Shown one piece after another: positions 1-11,305 of a stretch of DNA of 64,000 bases; positions within the stretch are counted from its first letter, which is position 1; each line of letters opens with the position of its first letter. A program made the translations under genes and the position numbers. The stretch is from Rhodospirillaceae bacterium (GTDB lineage Bacteria > Pseudomonadota > Alphaproteobacteria > MPNO01 > UBA2964), in the NCBI GenBank assembly GCA_038146885.1, contig JAYQSM010000012.1:5447-69446 (forward strand), written 5' to 3'. The notes under the pieces are model-generated. The model did not search any database. It worked only from the letters and a program-made list of their open reading frames with translations, and had not been told where the DNA came from.

Positions 1-663
1 CTCTATTAAATGGTGACAAATTACTTCCGGAGCAATGAACCAAACAACTATGAAATAATATCATAGATCCTGCTGGTCCTTTAGGACTAACCATTCCACC
101 ATTATGACCACCAGCTCTATCAACAAGTACATCAATAAGATTATTATCTATAGTCCATAATGGATAGCTTGTAGTACTCGTGTCATGCTTGGCATCAATT
201 ACACCTCGCTTATGAGAGCCAGGTATAAAAATTAAAGGTCCATTAAATTCAGTTACATTATCCAGAAAATTGCAACATTCATGGCTCTTTCTGTAGGCAT
301 TAAATCATCATTTTTCCACGTTCCGTAATCTTGATGCCACTGCCACACATCTCCATCAAAAGCCATTTTTCCATTTATTTTAAACTGATGCATGTAAAGT
401 TTTTCACCCAATAAATCCTCAACGGGTTTTACCATTCTTGGATGTCTTGCTAATTTTGCAAATGGCTCGCTATACATATGTGCTGCAAAATTTGTTCTTA
501 CAGAGTCAGATCCTTTTTCTCTTACGTTGTATTCTTCTCTTCTTTCATAAAGTTTAGGAACTTCATCTGTTAAAGTTTTTGTTTCTTCTGGAGAAAATAA
601 TTTGGGGAAAAATAGATATCCCTCTTTATCAAACTGTTCTAATTGTTCTTTGGTTAAATTCAT
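1..663 (-). CDS. Phytanoyl-CoA dioxygenase (PhyH) family Fe(II)/2-oxoglutarate dioxygenase, EctD/proline hydroxylase-like; frameshifted near 255, runs off the window edge
   Basis: ORF 253..663 has WQWHQDYGTW (HxD). The downstream frame continues ...EFNGPLIFIPGSHK...GSMILFHSCLVHCSGSNLSP, supplying the distal His. Confidence 0.8.
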
Positions 664-679
664 AATGCCCTTTTTTTAT

Positions 680-1573
680 TTAATTTAATACTTTTTTTGA
701 TGATAAAAAATACCAAAAACTATAAATAATGCACCATAAAAATGGTAATGAAAATTTTTCACCAAGCAAAAAAATTGCCATTAATGCGCTAAATACTGGC
801 ATTAAATGTAAAAATATTCCTGCTCTATTAGGCCCTATTAATAAAATAGCACCATTCCAAAAAATATAAGCACCAATACCTGCAAATAAAACCACATAAC
901 CAATAGTTAAAATAACTGGTATATTCATAGTTAAATATTGACCATTCATTATTTCAAAAAGTACATTGGCGCTAAAAAAATAACACCTATGGTAATTAAA
1001 GTTTGTAATAAAACAAAAGGCTTTAAATTAATTTTTTTCTTTCATCATTATTGAGTAAGTTGCCCATGATAGCATTGCAACTAACATCCACAAATCACCT
1101 TTATTTAATTGTAAATGAATTAATCTTTGAAATTCCATTTTGTAATAATAATGACTACCCCACATAAAGAAACCACAACTCCAAGCACTTGAAACATATT
1201 TGTTTTTTCAGTCTTAAAAATAGAAGAAATAAAAATAATCAATACTGGAATAGTTGAAATCATTAATACACCATTTAGCACTTGGGTATAATTTAAGGCA
1301 TAGTAAACTACTGAATTAAAAACTGAGATACTCGTGAAAGCCATAATCACAAGTGAAATAAAATTATCTTTAATAATATTCCAATTTTGAATTACTTCTT
1401 TTAAAGTAAAGGGTGCTAAAATTATCCATGCAATAAACCATCGATAAAAGTTTAAAGTTAAAGGTGGAATTTCAAATAATGTAGCAACTTTTCCAACGAT
1501 AAAATTTCCCGACCAAAAAGCAGTGCATAAAATCAGCATCACATAAGCTTTTTGTATCTTTTGAAAAAATCAT
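680..1573 (-). CDS. DMT/EamA family transporter (frameshifted into several ORFs)
   Basis: Fragments 1120..1542 (FWSGNFIVGK, PPLTLNFYRW) and 680..949 (IGPNRAGIFLHLMPVFSALMAIFLLGE) are typical EamA repeats. Confidence 0.85.
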
Positions 1574-1578
1574 TAATT

Positions 1579-2700
1579 TTATAATTGATGATCATTGTGG
1601 ATTTTAGAGCTCATTACAAGTCCTAATGCAAACATCGTTGTTAACATGGCAGTTCCACCATAAGAAATAATTGGTAGTGGCACACCCACAACAGGCAACA
1701 AACCTACAACCATTCCTAAATTAACAGCAAGATAGACAAAAATATTAAAAGCAATTCCAAAACAAAGTAATCTTGAAAAATTATTATTAGATTTCATAGA
1801 AATATTAAGAATGACGAGAATGATTGCTATAAACAAAAAAATTAATAATAAACATCCAATAAAACCAAACTGCTCTGCAAATACAGTAAAAATAAAATCT
1901 GTATGTTTTTCTGGTAAAAATTCTAAATTACTTTGGGTTCCTTGCAAAAAACCTTTTCCAAATAATCCACCAGAGCCAATCGCAATTTTTGATTGAATGA
2001 TATGATATCCAGATCCTAAAGGATCTTTTTCAGGATCTAAAAAAGTAAGTATTCTCTGTTTTTGATAAGGTTTTAAAAAAGCAATTATAAAAGGAGCGGC
2101 AATGACTAATGAAAACAATCCTGTAATAAATATTTTTAAATTAAGTCCAGCAAGCCATAACATTCCAAGCGAAACAATAAGTATAAATATAGCTGTTCCA
2201 AGATCTGGCTGTTTAGCAACAAGAAAAAATGGAATTAAAATTAATACTAAGGGAATAAATAATTTTGAAATATTATCAATTTCTTCTAACTTAATGTATT
2301 GGTAATATTTTGCTAAAGCAAAAATAACTCCAATTTTCATCAATTCTGAAGGCTGAATATTAAAGAAATATAAATTAATCCAACGCTGAGCGCCCATTGC
2401 AGTTGAACCAAAAAAATTTACATAAAGCAGTAAAAGAATAATTATAAAATAAAAAGGATAAGCTAGCTTGTACCAAAATCTAATATGAATAAATGAAATA
2501 ACAAAAAATAAAATTAAAGCAAAATTTATTCTGATAAAATGTTTAAGCAGATAGTTTTTATTTCCAGTATCAACCGAATATAAAGTTAATAGGCCCACTC
2601 CAATTAAAAGGATTATTAGAATAAAAAATTTCCAATCAAATAAGTAAATTTTTTCAAGACAATTATCAAAAAAGTTATTTTTTATTTTTTTATACTGCAT
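1579..2700 (-). CDS. rodA: Rod shape-determining protein RodA (SEDS peptidoglycan glycosyltransferase)
   Basis: GAQRWI, QPSELMK, QPDLGT, GSGYHIIQSKIAIGSGG, FLPEKHTDFIF, GVPLPIISYGG; directly downstream of PBP2. Confidence 0.95.
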   Translation of the reverse strand: MQYKKIKNNFFDNCLEKIYLFDWKFFILIILLIGVGLLTLYSVDTGNKNYLLKHFIRINFALILFFVISFIHIRFWYKLAYPFYFIIILLLLYVNFFGSTAMGAQRWINLYFFNIQPSELMKIGVIFALAKYYQYIKLEEIDNISKLFIPLVLILIPFFLVAKQPDLGTAIFILIVSLGMLWLAGLNLKIFITGLFSLVIAAPFIIAFLKPYQKQRILTFLDPEKDPLGSGYHIIQSKIAIGSGGLFGKGFLQGTQSNLEFLPEKHTDFIFTVFAEQFGFIGCLLLIFLFIAIILVILNISMKSNNNFSRLLCFGIAFNIFVYLAVNLGMVVGLLPVVGVPLPIISYGGTAMLTTMFALGLVMSSKIHNDHQL

Positions 2701-4527
2701 TGATATTTTTTTTATAAATTTCAAAACATTTTTCCATAATGTCTTTTGCTATTGGAGCTGCAGTTGCAGAACCAGATCCTCCATGGTCAATAATGACTGA
2801 AATAGCATATTGAGGATCAATAGTAGGTCCGTATCCAACAAATAAAGAATGATCTCTAAATTTCCATGGTAAATCTTTATTTTTTAAATCAAGCTCTCTT
2901 TGACGCTCAGTAATTCTTCTTACTTGGGATGTTCCAGTTTTTCCTGCCATTTTTAATTTTCCTGAAATTCTAGATGAATAAGACGTTCCTCCCTGCTCAT
3001 TAGTTGCAGCAAATAAAGCATTCATAATAATTTTTAAATGCTCATCATTATTAATAATTTTTTCATTTGGCTGGATTTCTTTATTTCCATCAAAAGTAGG
3101 ACTAACTTTAAAACCACCGTTTGCAAGCTGAGTCATCATTGTACATAGCTGAATACAAGTGCTCTTCATATATCCTTGACCAATACCAGAAATCATTGTT
3201 TCGCCAATGTACCATGACTTTCCAAGAGCTCCCTTTTTCCAAGTCGTACTTGGTATAAGACCATTTTTTTCTTCATTAAAATTTTCTAAAACTACTTTGC
3301 CTAAGCCAAATTTATTTGCAGTTTCCTTTAATCTATCTATTCCTAGTAATCTTGCCACTTCATAAAAATAAATATCACAAGACTCCTTGATTGCTTTGTT
3401 TAGATCAACCACGCCATGTCCTTTGTCTTTCCAACAATGATATTTTTGATCATATAATTCAACATCACCTTTACAAATGTGTTTAAAATTTTTTGTGATA
3501 ATTTTATTTTCAAGTGCTGATAAAGCTACAATCATTTTAATTGTTGAGCCTGGTGGATATGAAGAAGAAAGCGCCTTGTTGACCAAAGGTTTTTTTTCAT
3601 CAACTTTTAATTTGTTATAATCTTCATGTGAAATACCATAAGTAAAATTATTTACATTAAAAGATGGATAAGAGGTGCAACAAAGAATTTTTCCAGACAT
3701 ATCCATAACGACCACGGAACCACTTAGTTCATTAAGTCTATTGTAAGCAAAAATTTGTAAGTCTTTATCAAAAGTAGTTTTAATTACTTTTCCTTCTTCT
3801 CCATCTATATGAATAACTTTTTTTACTCTTCTTCCATAAGCATCTACTTCATAGGTAGCTTTTCCTGGCTTGCCCAAAAGATAATTATCAAATGTTTTTT
3901 CTAGTCCAGTTTTTCCAATTTTTAGATTTGGAACTCCAATAAATTCCTGTTGCAATTTATTTAAATCTCTTGCACTTGGTTCGCTAACGTACCCTAAAAT
4001 ATGCGAAAATTCTTTTGGATACAAATAGGTTCTTTCAAAAGATATAAATGGCTGAATGCCATTATAATTTGATAAATAATAATTTAATTTTGAAAAATCA
4101 TTCCACTTCAAATTTACATCTAAAACAAAAGGTTGGTATTTATTATGCTTAGAATATTGTTTAATAAAATAATTTTTTTGCTTTTCTGTAATTGTAATTA
4201 CCTTATTTAAATTATTTAAAGTTGTTTCCAAAGACTTAGTTTCTTTAGGAATAATTGCTAACTTAAAAACTTGAAAATTATCTGCTAAAACAGAATTATT
4301 TCTGTCTACAATCAATCCTCTTGATGGAGTGGTTTTCCACTGTCTGAAACGATTCTTGTCAGACTGAATTTCATAATCATTTTTTTAATAATTTGCATAT
4401 AAAACAGTCTACCAAGTACTGTTGCTAAAAATGCTAATTTGAAAGAAGTTAGAATAAATGCTCGTCTTGAAATAACTTTACTTTTACTTTGAGAGCCCTT
4501 TTTGGGAGTTGGATTAAAATATTCCAT
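2690..4527 (-). CDS. mrdA: Penicillin-binding protein 2 (frameshifted near 4320-4380)
   Basis: SxxK (GSTIK), SCDIYFY and KTGTSQ motifs; the N-terminal TM (ISRRAFIL...RLFYMQI) is in ORF 4312..4527. Confidence 0.93.
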
Positions 4528-4598
4528 TAAAAAAGCAATATAACGATGGACTTTTTTTTTGCAAAATGTTAATTCAGCCGCTTATTTGGAGGTAGGTT

Positions 4599-4793
4599 AT
4601 TAAAATAGAAGTTAAAAATGACAATCTGGAACAAGCTTTAAGAGTCCTTAAAAAAAAGCTTCAAAGAGAAGGTACATTTAGATTATTAAAAATTAAAAGC
4701 ACTTACGAGAAACCCTCTGAAAAGAAAAAAAGACAATTAGAAGACAATCTTGCCAGAGTTAAAAAATTAAGAAAACTTAAAGCTAGATTTTAA
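4599..4793 (+). CDS. rpsU: 30S ribosomal protein S21 (not in ORF track; no ATG/GTG/TTG start, ATT follows the SD)
   Basis: Translation IKIEVKNDNLEQALRVLKKKLQREG...YEKPSEKKKR...; SD GGAGGT at 4588-4593; TAA at 4791-4793. Confidence 0.9.
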   Translation: MKIEVKNDNLEQALRVLKKKLQREGTFRLLKIKSTYEKPSEKKKRQLEDNLARVKKLRKLKARF

Positions 4794-4829
4794 TTTTCTT
4801 TTAATATTAAATAGTTTTTTCTTAAATAT

Positions 4830-4906
<77 letters not shown>

Positions 4907-4924
4907 ATTTTAAAATACATTAAA

Positions 4925-4999
4925 TGGTGGGACTGGTTGGTTACGCTCCAACTACCCCTGCAATGTCAATGCAGTACTCTACTATTGAGCTACAGTCCC
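4925..4999 (-). tRNA. tRNA-Val (GAC) with non-canonical D and T loops
   Basis: Reverse complement folds as GGGACTG/CAGTCCC acceptor, GCTC/GAGT D stem, CTGCA-TTGACAT-TGCAG anticodon arm, GTTGG-AGCGTAA-CCAAC T arm, ACCA end. Confidence 0.85.
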
Positions 5000-5002
5000 A
5001 GA

Positions 5003-6407
5003 CTAATCTAAAGATTTGGAAATTTCTTCGACCATTTTCTTAGCGTCAGAAAATAGCATTAAGGTATTATCTTTAAAAAATAATTCATTATCAACACCAG
5101 CATAACCTGCAGCCATACCTCTTTTAACAAACAAAACTGATTTTGCTTTTTCCACATCTAAAATGGGCATTCCGTAAATAGGACTTTGTGGATCTGTTTT
5201 TGCAGCTGGGTTAGTCACATCATTTGCACCAATAACAAAAGCAACATCAGTATTTGAAAAATCACTATTGATACTTTCCAACTCAAATACTTCATCATAA
5301 GGAACATTTGCTTCAGCTAACAAAACATTCATATGACCTGGCATTCTACCAGCAACTGGATGAATTGCATAACTTACTTTTACACCGTTATGTTTTAACT
5401 TATCACACATCTCTCTTAAAGCATGTTGAGCTTGTGCAACTGCCATCCCGTAGCCTGGAACAATAATAACAGAAGATGCATTTTCATTAAAAAGCTGCAT
5501 CCTCTGCACCTGCTTGTTTTACAGGTTTTGCTGTTTTTGTTTGAGTTTGTGCAGAAGTTTCGTCTCCTCCAAACCCACCTAAAATAACATTAAAAAATGA
5601 ACGGTTCATTCCTTTGCACATGATATATGAAAGAATTGCACCAGATGATCCTACTAGCGCGCCTGTTATAATTAAAGCAGTATTTTCTAAAGTAAAACCT
5701 ATTCCTGCCGCTGCCCATCCCGAGTAAGAGTTTAACATTGAAACTACAACTGGCATATCAGCTCCACCAATTGGAATAATAATTAAAAAACCAATTAGTA
5801 AAGAAATATTACGGTAATCCAAAATAATTAACTGTTTGCTCTTTTACTAAAAAACAATTGAGGCGATTATCAAAATTCCTAATATAAGATTTAAATAATG
5901 CTGACCTTTAAACGTTATAGGCGAACCAGACATTAATCCTTGTAATTTTAAAAAGGCAATACATGATCCTGTAAAAGTAATCGCTCCAATAGAAACACCT
6001 AAAGACATTTCAATTAAAGAAGATATTTTGATATTGCCAAACTGACCTATCCCAAATGCGGAAGGATTATAAAAGGCAGCAACAGCAATTAAAACCGCAG
6101 CCAAACCAACTAAACTATGAAAACCTGCAACAAGCTGGGGCATAGCCGTCATCGCAATTCTAGCTGCAACAAACCATCCTACAAAAGCCCCAATCAGCAA
6201 AGGAACCATGATAAATTCAATGTTATTTAGTAATATTTCAATACTACTTACACTGAAAACAGTAGAGATAATTGCTATAGTCATTCCAGTCATTCCAAGA
6301 ATATTTCCTGTTCTTGATGTTTCAGGAGATGATAGTCCTCTTAATGCTAGAATAAAAAATATTCCAGAAACTAAGTATAAAATTGCAATAAGATTAATAG
6401 ATAACAT
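5003..6407 (-). CDS. pntB: NAD(P) transhydrogenase beta subunit (split into 3 ORFs by frameshifts)
   Basis: [70 protein letters not shown]. Confidence 0.95.
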
Positions 6408-6710
6408 TTATTTTTTTACTTTTTTATACATAGCCAACATTCTCATAGTGACTAAAAATCCACCAAATATATTTATTGCAGCCAAAAAAACTGCAATTGA
6501 TCCTACATAAAGCGAAATTTGACTAGACTCTGCATTGGACACCGCTACCGCAATTAAAGCACCAACAATAATGACTGAAGATATTGCATTCGTTACCGAC
6601 ATTAAAGGCGTATGCAGAGCTGGAGTTACACTCCATACAACATAATAACCAACAAAAATTGACAATATAAAGATGGCCAATCTAAAAATAAATGGATCAA
6701 TTATTTCCAT
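6408..6710 (-). CDS. pntA: NAD(P) transhydrogenase alpha subunit part 2 (membrane)
   Basis: VTPALHTPLMSVTNAISS and NIFGGFLVTMRMLAMY. Confidence 0.95.
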   Translation of the reverse strand: MEIIDPFIFRLAIFILSIFVGYYVVWSVTPALHTPLMSVTNAISSVIIVGALIAVAVSNAESSQISLYVGSIAVFLAAINIFGGFLVTMRMLAMYKKVKK

Positions 6711-6712
6711 AA

Positions 6713-7791
6713 TTAAATTCTAACTCCTTTTATAATTTCATCTTCAAAATCTATTTTGAGCGATTTACTTTCTTTATCAATTAACAACGATAAAAAATTA
6801 ATAATATTTTTTGCTAATAAACCTGAGGCTGAATAAGCGGTTCTAGAAGCATAATTTGAATAACCAATAATTTTTACACCATTTTTTTCAATAACTTTAT
6901 CTCTTTCAGAAAATGCAACATTTCCACCTTGCGATGTAGCTAAATCACAAATTATCGATCCAGGCTTCATGGATAAAACCATCTCTTCAGTAATAATTAA
7001 TGGAGCTTTTTTTCCTGGAATTAATGCTGTTGTAATCACTACATCTTGATTCTTAACAGTTTGTTTCATTAATTCTTCTTGTTTCTTTTTATATTCCTCT
7101 GTTGCTTCTTTTGCATAACCACCTTCAGTTTCTAAATTTTCTTCACTTTCTACAAAAACAAATTTTGCACCCAAGCTTTCAACTTGTTCTTTCGAAGCTG
7201 CCCTGACATCTGTTGCTGAAACAACTGCTCCTAATCTTTTAGCAGTTGCAATTGCTTGCAAGCCTGCAACACCAGCTCCAACAATAAAATATTTAGCTGG
7301 CGTAATAGTTCCCGCAGCAGTCATCATCATAGGTAAAGCTTTGCTAAATTCATAAGCAGTATCAATTACTGCTTTATAACCGGCAAGGTTAGATTGAGAT
7401 GATAACACATCCATTGCTTGAGCTCTTGTAATTCTAGGTAAATAATTTAATCCAAAAATCTCTAATTTTTTATTATTTTTAATCTTTAAATACTCATTAT
7501 TATTTTTATCAAAAATGCTGTGATAATTAATGAACCTTCTTTAAAATCAAATTTTTCTAAATCTTTGCCAGAAATTTTAACTACTACATCTGAAGCCTTT
7601 GTTACATCATTTGCAGATTTTGCTTCAGCTCCATTATTTATAAAAAGATCATCTTTAAGATTAAGCGTTTTTGCATAATCGCTTGAAATTAAAACTTTAA
7701 AACCAATCTTATTTAGTATGCTAACATGCTCGGGCAAAAGCATTGATCGAGTTTCAAACTCATTATTTTCTGCTACAAAACCAATTATCAT
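6713..7791 (-). CDS. pntA: NAD(P) transhydrogenase alpha subunit part 1 (frameshifted near 7490-7515)
   Basis: MDVLSSQSNLAGYKAV, PMMMTAAGT, GAGVAGLQAIATAKRLGA; N-terminal fragment at 7486..7791. Confidence 0.93.
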
Positions 7792-7850
7792 ATAATTTAG
7801 TTAAATGATTTATTTTCCATTTCAAGTTAAAGATTAAAAAATTTAAACAA

Positions 7851-7961
7851 CTAAAGTAAAAAAATAGCCATTAAAACTAATATTACAATGACCGCAACTG
7901 ATCCAATAGTTACTAACTTGGTAAAATTGTTCCAAGTTTCTTTTTGATGCTTAATGTCCAT
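7851..7961 (-). CDS. aa3-type cytochrome c oxidase subunit IV-like small membrane protein (36 aa)
   Basis: MDIKHQKETWNNFTKLVTIGSVAVIVILVLMAIFLL matches the H-x-x-T-[YW]-x-x-F plus single TM pattern of COX subunit IV, which commonly precedes pntA in alphaproteobacteria. Confidence 0.75.
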   Translation of the reverse strand: MDIKHQKETWNNFTKLVTIGSVAVIVILVLMAIFLL

Positions 7962-8085
7962 TAACCTTGTCTTGCCTTCATTCTAGGATTTTTTTATTGA
8001 TGACGTAAAGTTTTCCTCTTCGTTTAACAAGTTTATTATTAAGATCTCTTTTTTTTAAAGACTTTAGTGAGCTAACTACTTTCAT
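7961..8085 (-). CDS. rpmJ: 50S ribosomal protein L36, Cys-less (zinc-free) type; one base missing in an A-run
   Basis: MKVVSSLKSLKKRDLNNKLVKRRGKLYVINKK(N)PRMKARQG; its TAA stop overlaps the next gene's ATG. Confidence 0.9.
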
Positions 8086-8112
8086 AATGACCGAGTAATT
8101 ATATAAAATTAA

Positions 8113-9004
8113 TCAACTTGTAAAGCTGTGATTTTGTAGGATTTCTTTGATGTAATCCTTAAGTTTTATTTTGCCATATCTACGAGTAATTTTATTGGAT
8201 AGATTCATCTTTATAACAGCTGAGACATATCTTTCACCTGGTCTTTTGGAAAATACTTGATTTTAGATTTAAAGAATTTTGCAACTTCTATGATTGAATA
8301 AGATTTTTTTGACAAGATACTATAGTGTAAATTTTTATTCCTTTTCCATGCTTCAATACAAACTTTAATAGTGTCGTCTATATGAGTAAATCTTCGTGAC
8401 TGTGTTCCAGGCTTAACTACTGTAAGAGGTTTTTTTTGTTTATGTTGTTTTTCAAAAATTTTAATTACTGTTGCCATGTCACCTGTTGTAATTTGTCTAG
8501 GTCCATAAATATTATAAAAATAAATAATTTCATATTTAAAATTAAAACATTTTTAAAATTTTCTAATAATTCTAAATTTTTTTCTTTTACATAAAAAGTA
8601 TGGTGATAGGTTTTCATCTATTCATCTATTTCCTAAACTTACAGACGTTGCGGAATAAATAATTTTGATCTTATTATTTAAGCAAAACTTAAAAACTGCC
8701 ATTGAACCAATAGAGTTAGACTCGATGCATTGGTCAAATTTTTTAAAACTTTGATAAATTCTTGCAAATTCACTAAAATGAAAGATGGTATTTATTTTAT
8801 TTTTAATATTAAATAATTTTTTTTCTATATCTGTTGTTTTGCATCTTAAATATTTAACATCTTTATGTTTAATATGATTGTTTAAACTACCGCTCGAATA
8901 GTTATCAATACTTATGATTTTAAATTTTTTAATTTTAAAAACGTTGAATTAAATTAGAACCAACAAACCTGCTCCGCCTGTTACAATAATATGATTTTTT
9001 TCAT
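8113..9004 (-). pseudogene. NAD-dependent epimerase/dehydratase (RfaD/GalE-like), multiply disrupted
   Basis: IIVTGGAG, IDNYSSGS, IIYSATSVSLG, FYNIYGPRQI, PGTQSRRFTHIDD across several frames; 8-bp tandem duplication at 8613-8628. Confidence 0.7.
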
Positions 9005-9015
9005 TAAGATTAAAA

Positions 9016-9132
9016 GCCTGGCAATGACCTACTCTCCCATACCTTAAGGCAAAGTACCATCGGCGCTGAAGAGCTTGACTTCCGAGTTCGGAATGGGATC
9101 GGGTATGACCTCTTCGCAATAATTACCAGGCC
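9016..9132 (-). rRNA. rrf: 5S rRNA, stand-alone
   Basis: Reverse complement TGGCCTGGTAATTATTGCGAAGAGG...CCCGATCCCATTCCGAACTCGGAAGTCAAG...GATGGTACT...GGGAGAGTAGGTCATTGCCAGGC. Confidence 0.97.
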
Positions 9133-9310
9133 AGATTTAATACTAAATAAAATAGACAATGTAAAGTTTCATATTTTGTATATAAAATACCATCTAATAA
9201 ACAATCTCAAAAAAGAGTAAAAAAATAAACTTTAATATTTTGCTGGAATGGATAATTTGTGCTATGAAATATGCATTAAATTAAAAAAAAATAATTAGAA
9301 TAACTCAGCA

Positions 9311-11145
9311 TTAATCTAGTTCATATTTATTTTTATAGTCCTTTAGCAAATCTTTATTTTGACTATCTTTAAATAAAATAAAATTATTACAAACTAACAC
9401 ATCTAAATCAGTTCCCATAAAGCAATTAAAAGCATCTGATGCAGAACAAACTATAGGTTCTCCTCTTACATTAAAAGATGTATTAACTAAAACTGGACAT
9501 TTAGTAATTCTTTCAAATTCTTCTATTAATTTATAAAATTTTGGATTTGTTTCTTTTATGAACTGTTTGAACTCTAGCTGAATAATCAACATGAGTTACT
9601 GATGGAATGTCAGATCGTTTGACATTTAATTTATCTATACCAAATAAGTTTTTTTGCTCAGTTGTCATTTCAAGTTGTTTTGATTTTTTTATATCTGCAA
9701 CTAATAACATATATGGACTTTCAGAATTAATTTCGAACCATTCAGAAACTTTTTCAAATAAAAACTGCAGGAGCGAAGGGACGAAAGCTTTCTCTAAACT
9801 TTACTTTTAAATTTAAATTTTTTTGCATCTTCTCAGATCTTGGATCTGCAATAATTGATCTATTCCCTAAAGATCGTGGACCAAATTCCATTCTACCCTG
9901 AAACCAACCAACAGCTTTTTCTTCAGCTAGTAATTTTGCGGTCTCTTTTGTAATTTGATCCAAGGACAATTTTTTATAATTAGCTCCGCAGCTTTTTAAT
10001 TCATTTTCAACTTCATCATCTGTAAATTGAGGTCCTAAGTAAGATCCGTTCATTGCATCGGTTTTTATAATCTCACGCTTATTGTCTAATTCTTGATAAT
10101 AAAATGCTTGAGCAGCTCCTAGTGCTCCACCAGCATCACCTGATGCTGGTTGTATCCAAATATTTTTAAACAAACCTTTTTTTAAAATTTTTCCATTAGC
10201 GACACAGTTTAAAGCAACTCCTCCTGCCATACACAAATTTGATACTTTAAACTCCTCAAATAAAAATTTTGTAATTTTTAAAACTATGTCCTCAGTTATA
10301 GCTTGAATTGATGCTGCTATATCCATATGAATTTGTAACAACTGATGTTCCGGCTCACGTCTTTTGATATTAAATAGTTTTGCAAAATTATCGTTTGTCA
10401 TTGTCAAACCAGTTGCATAATTAAAATAATTCATATTTAATCTAAAAGAACCATCTTCTTTAACATCAATTAGTTTATCTAGAATAATATCTTTAAACTT
10501 AGGTTCGCCATAAGGAGCCAGTCCCATCACCTTGTATTCTCCACTATTAACTTTGAAACCTAAAAAATAAGTAAATGCTGAATACAAAAGACCTAAGGAG
10601 TGAGGAAAGTGTATTTCTTTTAAAATACTGATTTTATTATTTTTTCCTAAAGATACAGTGGTTGTTGCCCACTCGCCGACTCCATCTAATGTTAAGATAA
10701 TTGCCTCATCATAAGGACTTGAAAAAAAGCACTTGCAGCATGACTTAGATGATGTTCCGAAAAATTTATTTTGTAATATCACTAAAATTAATATCTTGCT
10801 CCTTTAATGCATCATAAATAATTTTTTTTTGGATTAGTTTTTCATTGAGCCAAAGTGGCATAGACATAGAAAAGATTTAAAACCACTTGGAGAAAAGCCA
10901 ACATAAGTCTCCAGCAATCTTTCAAATTTTAAAAAAGGTTTTTCGTAAAAAATCACATGATCAATCTCGCTTATTTTTAAATTAGCTTCTTTTAAAACAT
11001 ATTTAATTGCATGTTCTGGAAAGCTCTGATCATGCTTTTTTCTTGTAAATCTTTTCTCCTGTGCTGCTCCAATAATTTTTCCATTTTTAATGATAGCTGC
11101 AGCGCTATCATGATAAAATGCTGAAATTCCAAGAACAGAGGTCAC
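9311..11145 (-). CDS. O-carbamoyltransferase, NodU/CmcH/SxtI family (frameshifted into several ORFs)
   Basis: LGISAFYHDSAA, DGVGEWATT, FPHSLGLLYSAFT, GEYKVMGLAPYG, AGGVALNCVANG, GRMEFGPRSLGNRS, NTSFNVRGEPIV. Confidence 0.92.
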
Positions 11146-11152
11146 AAAAAAA

Positions 11153-11305
11153 TTAAAATATAGTATAAATAAATGGAGCAACTGCCGTTCCTTGGCTAAG
11201 GACAATTAAAGTGCCAAATAAAATAAGAATAATAAAAATAGGAAGTAGCCAATACTTTTTTCTAACTTTCAAAAAGTCCCAAAATTCTTTTAAAAATTCA
11301 ATCAT
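11153..11305 (-). CDS. DUF5989/SxtK-like small membrane protein (50 aa)
   Basis: MIEFLKEFWDFLKVRKKYWLLPIFIILILFGTLIVLSQGTAVAPFIYTIF; RKKYWLLP...APFIY signature. Confidence 0.85.
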   Translation of the reverse strand: MIEFLKEFWDFLKVRKKYWLLPIFIILILFGTLIVLSQGTAVAPFIYTIF

